Origin: Dicyema japonicum
Taxonomy: Eukaryota; Animalia; Dicyemida
Length of the DNA: 64,000 bases
Direction: 5' to 3'
Assembly: GCA_011109175.1 (NCBI GenBank)
Contig: RDEW01000024.1
Coordinates: forward strand, 487,240 to 551,239
Part shown: positions 55,151 to 64,000 of the stretch, one piece after another
How the letters are laid out: each line of letters opens with the position of its first letter
How positions within the stretch are numbered: position 1 is the first letter of the stretch
Made by a program: the position numbers and the translations under genes
Notes under the pieces: generated by a model
What the model was told of the DNA's origin: nothing
Seen by the model: only the letters and a program-made list of their open reading frames with translations
The model's database searches: none

Positions 55151-55436
55151 TAATTGGTTGAAGTTTCTGTTTTTCGTCTGTTCCTCCTCTCTCTTCCTAT
55201 TAGAGTGGCGTAATGTGATCACCTGTCTAGGTGGCGCCCAGTGCAAGGCCGGCACGAAAAAAAATCACTGTCTCTCCCCCACTCCACTGGAAGGGTTTCC
55301 ACAACTGCAAGTATGGACGTCTTTTACCCTTTATGTTGATTCCGGATAAACTCTATTTCTGTAGAAGTGGAAACTGGATACACTTAATTAGTTGTTTACT
55401 TAACTTCTTTCTCGGAGTATTCGGGGTTAATAAATA
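55151..55436 (+). repeat. Family A element, 5'-truncated
   Basis: Matches 56214-56525 from taattggttgaag onward. Confidence 0.92.
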
Positions 55437-55439
55437 ATT

Positions 55440-56100
55440 TGTAATCTGATTGACCGGTGCTATTTCCGATAGCTCTTAGGATATGTCCAGAGAGCTGCCA
55501 TTTCGCCGAATTCACTTTATTCCCAATCTGTGTTGTTTGAGTGATTCTGTAGAGCTCGTACTTGGTCATCCGTTTTGGCCAGTAGATTCCCAGGAGAAGT
55601 CGTAGTTGTTTTCTGTGGAAAGAGTTGAGGTTTTCCAGTTCTTTGGTGGTTAGGCCCCAGGTCCCCGCGTTATAAAGTAGAATTGGTTCGATAAAAAAGT
55701 TGTACAACCGAATTGGAAGGCGAGTGCATATGTACTTTCGTCGCATCCAGATTGCTCAAAATTTTTTAAAAGAAGCAACCGCCAGAACTTATTTGTAAAT
55801 AACGTCCTCCGAGTCCCCGAGGAGAGATCTAACTTTTTTGCATGTTCTCCACTTTTCCTCGTTTCTCGTTCTGCAGCGGGATATGCTAGTTCTTTCCGTT
55901 TTGTCTGGGTTAACTACCAGGTACCAGTCTTCCAAGGCTTAAGGGATCACTTTTAGTATAGTTTCCAGAGTATCCCTATCCCGGCAGACGAAATCAATAT
56001 CATCGGAGTAGTTTACTTCCATCACGTTAGTGAAACAGTTCTTTTCCGGAGAGGTCTTAGAGCTGCCTCCAGGTATATTATGAATAGGACCGTGGATAAT
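55440..56100 (-). mobile_element. RTE LINE RT C-terminal half
   Basis: YSDDIDF..VNPDKTE; RLYNFFIEPILLYNAGTWGLT..LNSFHRKQLRLLLGIYWP..SGHILR. Confidence 0.85.
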
Positions 56101-56213
56101 GAGTCTCCCTGTGGTGCGCCGGTGTCGTTTTAAATCTTATGAGTAGTAATTTATATCATTTTACATTTCTCACCACAAACAAACACTCATTCAAATAATT
56201 AATATTTTATATA

Positions 56214-56525
56214 GCCGCGTGGCGCCTTGTGGTGCTGCGTGGTTAATTGGTTGAAGTTTTCTGCTTGCTTGTCTGTTCCTCCTCTCTCTTCCTATTAGAG
56301 TGGCGTCATGTGATCCACCTGTCTAGGTGACGCCCAGTGCCAGGCCGGCACGAAAAAGGATCATTTGCTCTTCCCCACTCCACTGGAGGGGTTTCCACAA
56401 CTGCATGTAATGGACGTCTTACCTTTTGTGCTGATTCCGGATGGACTCTGTAGAAGTGGAAACTGGATACACTTAATTAGTTGTTAACTTTAACTTCTTT
56501 CTCGGTGTATCCGGGATTAATAAAT
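56214..56525 (+). repeat. Family A SINE-like element, full length
   Basis: gccgcgtggcgcc..gtgtatccgggattaataaa. Confidence 0.92.
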
Positions 56526-56579
56526 TAAAAAAAAAGTTAAATTATTTTATTATTTTATAATAATGAGGACACAACCACA

Positions 56580-57130
56580 ATAACGCCTCTTTAAATGCAA
56601 TAACAAAGAAGTACCCCTTTCCTTCCTCCTGTGGACTGCATATCCAGATTGTACAGCCAGATCATTGTTCCGACAGTTGAATATGCCTGTCCTCCATGGA
56701 AATTTGCGATATCCTCTTCCAAACTTAATAAATTAAATTCAATCAGACGATGTACTACACGTTCGCATCTTACAATATTACAACCCCCTTCTACTCTTTT
56801 TTCAGAAGAATCTACGAGGAACCATAGCCGCGGATTCCTGTGTTTGTGCAAAAACCAGGAAACTCATTGAGCGATTCGATTGCTCGTGCAGAAGAACATC
56901 GATCGGTCCTAAAGAAAGGAAATTTGATCGATTTCCTTTGTAGGCACTCGAAAAGGCTATACCGTTCTACAGTTGGGACATTGGAAAAACATGCAAGAGA
57001 ATCTGGGAATTAATGGAGGCTAGGATCACTTGTGTGCTATACGAACCCTCGAAGAGAACAAGATGCTGAAGCGCAGACCTCCTGAGAACTGCTTCTTCCA
57101 AAGTCCGTCAGAGTGGATCTTTTTCGTTGA
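56580..57130 (+). mobile_element. I/jockey-like LINE post-RT fragment
   Basis: RLYSQIIVPTVEYACPPW..KLNKLNSI. Confidence 0.65.
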
Positions 57131-57344
57131 CGATACAGATATCATCCTTCTCTGTCTGGGCAAGTAGTTCTGGATGTCTTTGCTTGCCCTGGACCACTAG
57201 GACTCAAGTGAAAGTAGTGAATCTCCGGGTCATGTTTCTGGACGGTTAGTGTGGTTAATATTGAATGAGGAAAAAACCACAACAATTACAATCGTATAAA
57301 GTCTATCACAAAGAGTATATAAAGAAAGTGAATGTTATTTACCA

Positions 57345-58818
57345 ATGGAAAGCAAAGGTAGAATAATAATAGGAATAAATACATTTGTATGTTTGATGGT
57401 ATTATTTGCTCAAAGAGTGAACATAAATGTAGTAATCACGCAAATAGTGAGCATTACCAATGAGAATAATGTAAAAATATTATAATAGTAGAAAATACAC
57501 TGGACTGGGAATCAAAAATCATACACACTGATGTCATATTATGGTGGATTTATGATTACTCAAATATATGGAGGAATTATGGCGGAAAAATATGGTCCTA
57601 AAATAGTATTGGGGATTTGTGTAGTAATATCATCAATACTTTGTTTGGTATCTCCATTTGCATTGGAAAAGTCCCCAATAGCATTAAGTGTGGTTAGAAT
57701 ATTAATGGGAGCTGCAAATGTAGTAAATACTATTAAAATAGGGACCCTACTTTCCAGCTGTGAATGTGATAATTTCAAATTGGTATCCTCCGTCAAGTAG
57801 ATCACGAGCAGTGGGATTTATAATACCAGGTTTGTCGTATATTGACGAAGGAATGCAATTTGGTTCTATAATGGGATTCTCTATTACATCAGCATTAGCT
57901 GTTAATAATGCTTTGTGGAAGTACTCTTTCTACTTATTTGGTACTATTATAATTATTTTAGGCGGTATTGGATTTGTCTGGCTTATATTTTGGATTATTT
58001 TCATGACAGACTATTATAATGACAACAAGTGGACTACAGAAGCCGAAAAACACTACTTGAGTCGTACTGTTGAACGAAAACAAAGCCAAACTGTAAATAT
58101 TCAACATAATTACAGAAAATATCATATAAAAAGGTTATAAAGTCTGTCCCTGTTTACGCAGTAATATCTTTTCATTTTCAATCATTTTGGAATGTCACCT
58201 TTGTCTTGACACTAATTCCCTCCTTCATTAAGGACATATACTATATTCCAGTTAAACATGTATTATTCTATTTTTATGCAGCAAACATACATCACATTCT
58301 TATTACCCATTTTAATGTGGATTTCTGGATTGTTCGCTTGCTTTATATCTGACTATCTTCTTAAAAATAATATTATTTCTAAAATTAATATTAGAAGATT
58401 ATTTGCTGTAATTTTATTCATTATTATAGACTATGGCTTGTTTACCTGTTAGTCTATTCCTCATGTTCTCTACTCTAATCAATCCTAATATATTTTATTG
58501 GGGGATACTACTTATTTTGATATCCTCATTCGCTATAGGTATACAAATTGCTGTAATAATTCCAAACATTGCTGACATTGCACCACAATATTGTGGAGTT
58601 ATTTCGGGTATTTCGAACACTGTCTCTTCAATTGGTGCTATTCTCTCTATTCAGGTCACATACATCATTGTGTCGGACACTGTTTACTATTTTTTATATT
58701 TTAGCATAATCTCAGGGAATGGCAAATTGTATTTGCAATCATGATTACTACACAAACTATTATTTTTCTAATATTTTTAATATTTGCACGTTCTTCTAAA
58801 CAAAATTTAACACTGTAA
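57345..58818 (+). CDS. SLC17-family (sialin / anion:cation symporter) MFS transporter, multi-exon
   Basis: QRVNINVVI, WTGNQK..YYGGFMITQIYGGIMAEKYGPK, VVRILMG, WYPPSSRSRA, G MQFGSI, WKYSFYLFG, IADIAPQYCGVISGISNT, EWQIVF; introns 21-25 nt. Confidence 0.9.
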
Positions 58819-58849
58819 TGGATTTAATAAACGGTTTTTTGAGTTTTTT

Positions 58850-59800
58850 TGATCCAGTCTGCTCACCGTAAGCATGCGAAGTCACTCTGATAGCCCTTTG
58901 GAATAACTATTATGATTTATTTGTCTCTGTTTTTTGGCGTCTTCAGTCCAGGATAGGTTTTCTGGTTGAGTGGAGATTTTATAAGTGTTCTATGAATGTC
59001 AGTACGGATCTACTGATGAGACTGCGGTTAGTGGATTTGAGCTGTAGAAAGGTTAATGGTAGAGTCAAATTATTTCGAATTGATCCCCACTGTCAGAATC
59101 TTTGTTTCTCAGTGTAGGTAATCAGCGGGAGTTTTCAAGGCGAAGCGTGCACTCTGTAACTTTTGTAGAAGAGTGAGTGATATCTATGGGACCCAGCTTG
59201 GGTGAATTATTTTTATATAAGGAAAGACATTTTAGGTTGGCAATTTGAGTGATTTGCTACTGAATGATGAACATTTGTTTTCGTGTGATTTTACTGCAGA
59301 GATTCTGACGTGTTTGCTGAAAGAGGCAAAGATGACTTTGAAAATTTACAAATTTTTGTAAGAACTGGTTGTGTAAGGATAATGTAGATTGTAGTTGAAT
59401 TGTTTCCGGTAAAGTTATTGAAGATTTCGGTGGAAACATTAAGTTTGAAGTCAGACATAAAAACATTATCTGAAGATATTTGAAAGCTTTGATCTTTGGA
59501 TGGTATTATAAGATCAGGATAGTTGTTGAGTTATTGGAATGTCAGTACGGTAAAAGTTGAAAAGTGAAGGAGAGAACTGACTCCCGAGTAACTCCGTTGT
59601 AGAAGTATCTTGTTAAGAATTCCAAGTATAAGGAAGGTATGATGTAATATTTATGATGGTGTAAGTGAACATTTATTAACAATGTTAGAGATTGAATAAG
59701 TCACACAATGATATTCCAACATCATCAGCCATTCTTAGCAGACTCATGTTGTGATCATGTTGTATTGTTAGTTGTGACTAATATTATTAAAACCTAACAA
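58850..59800 (-). mobile_element. Decayed CR1/L2-like LINE (endonuclease and linker)
   Basis: VFMSDFKLNV..LTQPVLT resembles GDFN..LxQxxxxPTR. Confidence 0.3.
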
Positions 59801-60419
59801 TTAGCGTTTTGAGTAACTTCTTTCACGTTTATAATTTTGATTATTAAGTGTTGTTTGTCGTGATAGTTTGTGATTAGCTGATATTTACCTTCAATAGTTC
59901 ACGTGATATTATATGAATTAATTTACTAAGCGCAACTAATTATAATTAATAAATAAAAACATTCAACATTTATTTTTGATTTTTTGTCTTATTATAAAGG
60001 GTTATGCGGAGGAATTTTTATCGACCATAGCGTACTCAGATAGAATTTCTCCACAGTCAAAAAAGAAGGCACTTTTGAGGTAGTTTTGTCGCTGGTAAAA
60101 CATTCAGGAGAATTTGCCGAGATGTTGGAAGCTGGGATCACCTAATTGGAGTTACTCTTTCTTTCTAGGTGGTCTAGGGGTGTTAAAATAAATATCTTGT
60201 CCTGATGATTCACAGCATGAGGCACTTTTTAGTAAACCACAAAGGTGGCTAATCTATTATGCCTAGATATTTTGTGGTAAAGGTTGAGTTGCTGATCTAA
60301 AATAACTTCCAATCGATAGAAACATGCCATTTTTAATTTGTTTTTTTTTCTCATTTCACGTGATTGATAAATTGCTTCTCCTGGTAGCTGAAAGCCACTT
60401 GAAAGCACTACTTGCTGTC

Positions 60420-60790
60420 TAGACCCCAAATCTCACGAGCATGGCCGCTGGCCGTCCTTGTCAATAGAGAATGTAAAATCATCTTGACATGGGAGATACA
60501 GGCCATTAGTGATGTCAGATATGAAGAGAGTAAAAGGTCCACAGGGTTGCGAATTCCAAGTCCTCCAAGTTCTCATTGGCAAGCGTGGCTTGTTTCCATG
60601 AGTAATCTCGAACCGGACGTTGAAAATACGTTCCGCTGTCGTACGAAGATCCCCTTAATCTGTGCGAGTTGGTCACACAGAGTGAAATAGGAGCAGTCCT
60701 CAGAACATATGCAGCCTCTGTACGTTGAGACTGTTTTCACGAGGAAGAATGTTGTATGCATGCTTATCCATGGTGTCGGCAGAAAATGGC
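60420..60790 (-). mobile_element. CRE-clade RT-thumb fragment
   Basis: HTTFFLVK..ELGGLGIRNPVDLLLSSYLTS. Confidence 0.65.
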
Positions 60791-61239
60791 TCTTTTATTT
60801 AATTAAATAATTTTTTCTTTATATATTATTATTTTTTTAATAATCAAAAATTTTATACGATTAACATTAAATTCTGGTTGTATATGCCCAACAATAAAAA
60901 ATTTATAATATATGACATTTTCAATCTGAGTGGACTGAACCCTGTGAACATGTGATGGTTTTCTATCAAGTAAAACTACATCAATGCTTCCCCATTTATT
61001 TATGTCCAGTTTCCAAAGTCCCAGGCGCCGAAGAAGTCGTTCATAACCAGAGTAGAGAAGATTAACATCCTGTCCCATCAGTTGTGGGAATTTTTATTTA
61101 TTGTCTCACGATCGCTTGGTTTAAAAAGAATATCCTCAGCTAATTAAATGATCCCACACCGACAATGGGAGAAACTGGAGGGTAGGGCATCTTAAACGCT
61201 TTCGAGGACGACATTTTTTGTTTAACCCAAGAACACGGT

Positions 61240-62190
61240 AAAACCAAACTAATTATCACGTTATCCCGATGCATTCTAACAGAGACCTCATCTTTGCCTG
61301 GTGTTCTTCCTTCGTGTCCGCGCATGAACGTATAGGACGGCTGCCGAATTTTCAGGGCCACCTTCCCGTGATCAGGAGTCTAGTCTCATAAGGGCCTCCA
61401 GAGGCGTAGGCCCGGTTCGGTGATCTTCACGAATCCAACGCTCCGTTACTCTGTAGGCCCTATTCAATTTTCCTCATATTTGTCCAAGATATGGAAGGTC
61501 CCCACGAGGCGCATGCATATGAGAAACATGGCTCGATGTACTGTTTGTACACGTTCATCAAGACAGGATGAGTACCAATCTTCCATATTCCCGATAAACT
61601 TTTCAATACGTTCAGCTTCTTCTCGCAGTTCAATAAAATGTTTTCTACGTGTGGTGTCACACTGAGATGCATATCAATTGTCATACCAAAGATCCTTTGA
61701 CATCTGTTGAAAGGGATGCCGACCTTTTGTCAGGTAAATAGTGACTTAGACGATTTTTCTGCATTCACCACGAGCCAGTTTTCCACTATCCAGGCATTAA
61801 GCCTGTCCAGGTTAATTTGTATTCTTTCTGTGGCCTCCTGGATGTCCTGATCTCGCGAAGCCAACACAATATCATCCGCATAGGACGTAGAACATCATCA
61901 CCAGATTCAAGAATCGGGAGATCAGCCGGAAAGAGGTTAAACACAGCAGGGGATAAAGGAGATCCTTGAGGGACTCCGTTGGGGAGGAGCCGTGAAATTG
62001 ATTTCAGAACCCGAAGAAAACACGTCCCCTTCGTCCACTTTGGAAGTTAGTGATCCAAAGCTTTAGCTTCCCTGGGATCTCCGATTGAAATATTTTTCTC
62101 GATAGAATCTTCCTCGAGACTGAATCAAAAGCTTTATGTTTGACAATCGAGCAGAGCACTGTTTTATAGTAGTAAATTGTGGGAATCACT
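61240..62190 (-). mobile_element. 5'-truncated I/jockey LINE ending in a family B-type 3' end
   Basis: KAFDSVSRKIL..PNGVPQGSPLSPAVFNLF; GIWKIGTHPVLMNVYKQYIEP; EEHQAKMRSLLECIGIT*. Confidence 0.8.
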
Positions 62191-62298
62191 CCAAAGAATT
62201 ACCTATATAATAATAATAAATAAATAAATATTTTTAAATTAATTAAAATTTATTTAAATATAATAAAATATTATGTAACAAATTTCATTCAAGTAGTC

Positions 62299-63215
62299 AT
62301 GATAATAAAGCGGATAGTCCTTCTTATTTTATTACTATTTCTGATAGCAATTTATCAGTTTATATCATTCAATGTAAGCCAATCATAATATTCTAGGATG
62401 ATATAAGAAAGGAAATAAGGGGTGAAAAATTCCTGTTAGTGAGCGCCTACTACAGTATTGGAACTTTCAGAAAACCAAATGGACCTCGTAGTCCTAGTAC
62501 ATATTTTCTTTGGATGTATGCCTATGGGTTCATTGAGAACCACCTCGTCTTTTTCTCGGACGACGAGAAAATCCTGAAGCACATGGAAAGTATCAGAAGA
62601 AATCTTCCCACTACATTATTGCACGTGAATAGATCAGAACTGTTTGGCTTCGGAAGAATTGATGAAATAAAAAATATATTTACGCTTCCTGGATTTGGCA
62701 AAAATCCACAAGAAACCGGAAATCCCGAGTATTCTGCTATTATGCATTCCAAGCACGACATGATTAGGCGGACTATCAATCTCTTTTCTGATAAATTTTC
62801 ATACATCGCCTGGTTCGATGTTGGTATATTTCGTTACTCCCGTCCGACTACCAAGTTCTCATTAAGAGCGTCAGAATATATTGACAAGACACGTGTGTTA
62901 CTGAGTCAAGCGTTTGAGTTCTATGATTACCCGATCGAAAAAATAGTCAAAGAAGCAAAGGTTTGGGTATCGGGAGGTATTTTGGTCGGTCATATTGACC
63001 CAATGTCCTCATTTTGCGATTCCTATGAGGATTTCTTCAACAAGATGATCTCCATGAATCTGATTGCATCTGATGAGCAAGTGATCTACTCCATGTACTC
63101 CAGCGAGGGACTTAAAATTATAAAAAACGGCGTAAAGCTGAGTGTATTTCAATGCAGTTACTTCGGACTCTACGTACTCTTCTCTAACATGACTTCCAAG
63201 GATTCCTGTCCGTAA
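62299..63215 (+). CDS. HtrL/YibB (WlaTC)-family protein with an N-terminal signal anchor; one 23-nt intron
   Basis: MIIKRIVLLILLLFLIAIYQFISFN|DD..LVSAYYSIG..PEYSAIMHSK..YIAWFDVGIFR..WVSGGILVG..SDEQVIYSMY; intron 62374-62396. Confidence 0.75.
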
Positions 63216-63620
63216 AATGATTTGAAGTATGATTTCAGCATTGTTAACCCCTTTCTCTTGTAAATTAAATGTTTTTTGCAAATATACTAGACTGTGATAG
63301 AACTAAGGAGTTAGGTTAGTCAGCAGTTTATGAAATGTTTTCAAAAGTAATTCCTTACATGTGTTGTCTCTCTTACTACTACTCTTACCGAAGAAGAGAC
63401 ATGTGGTGTCTTACATTAGTTGATCCGCTACCTTGGTTTCCTCCTAACTTCGAGTTTGATTGTAGTAGAATTATCTGTCTACTCCGACCAAAGTCATTAT
63501 ATTATTGAAATTTTTTGTCTAAAATAATTGGAATTGATTTATCGCTTTACATTAAATTGGTAGGTAATTAAATGCTCTTCGATAAGATGAAGTGGAATCA
63601 CATTCTGAAGTGTATTAAAG

Positions 63621-63690
63621 CAGGGGATCCCAACCTTTTTCAGCAAATGGACCACTTTGTCAAAAATCCCCATGGACCACTTCTTATCTT
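63621..63690 (+). mobile_element. hAT (Buster-like) 5' terminus
   Basis: CAGGGGATCCCAACCTTTTT preceded by tatTAaag. Confidence 0.6.
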
Positions 63691-63739
63691 ACTTAAGGTT
63701 AAATTAAATTAATTTTTATATCTAATTAATTTAATTATT

Positions 63740-64000
63740 TTGGACGAATGTCTTGAAGATCGAGGCTAGCCGGAAAAAAGCCTTCGAGATTTCTGGAGAG
63801 TTCCAACCACCAATGCCTCTTGAAGCCAAATACGAATGAACCATGGAACGCGCCGTCGCGACTGCGAAGGTCTAGTCAATCGACCGATGCGTGCTTGTGT
63901 GGGGTTGAGGGAGGAGTATCGGGCCATGATGAGGTCTCTGCTAGAGCGTACTGGGATCACATGATTAGTTTGATTGTGAATCGTGGTCTCTGGTGTTATT
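63740..64000 (+). mobile_element. Family B LINE 3' end
   Basis: YE*TMERAV..YRAMMRSLLERTGIT* plus UTR ending ggtgttatt. Confidence 0.75.

Noticed and set aside
60803-61078. DEAD-box helicase-like peptide (LDI..DVV..HVHRV)
   Set aside because: Motif spacing is wrong; LLRRLGL fits a LINE ORF2 end, and a gggttcagtccact segment is shared with 42225-42240

Overview
AT-rich eukaryotic (animal-type) genomic DNA, dense in decayed retro- and DNA transposons. The host genes are split by very short spliceosomal introns (about 20-27 nt), so the ORF track largely misses them. This intron size with metazoan genes points to a dicyemid mesozoan, or less likely a myxozoan (inference only). Genes reconstructed by eye: UDP-glucose pyrophosphorylase (UGP2), a coiled-coil/C-terminal RING protein, a regulatory-domain-less PKC/PKN-like AGC kinase, two pseudokinase paralogues of it, a BAG6-like ubiquitin-domain protein, an SLC17 (sialin-like) transporter and a signal-anchored HtrL/YibB-family protein. 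The main structure is a ~4 kb inverted duplication (22551-26517 / 35197-39201). Each arm carries a pseudokinase (VAIK Lys->Arg, HRD->HSD, DFG->NFH). The 8.7 kb spacer holds intron-retaining RPS4 and METAP1 pseudogenes. There is also a ~310 bp structured SINE-like family (8 copies or fragments), about 10 CRE-clade LINE fragments, RTE, R4, I/jockey and CR1-like LINEs, hAT, pogo and Ginger-like remnants, and an intron-containing CENP-B/pogo HTH fragment. Many single-base indels fall in homopolymers even in housekeeping genes, so some apparent frameshifts are probably assembly errors. All family calls are from motif recognition; no database search was run. Coordinates of TE fragments are approximate.
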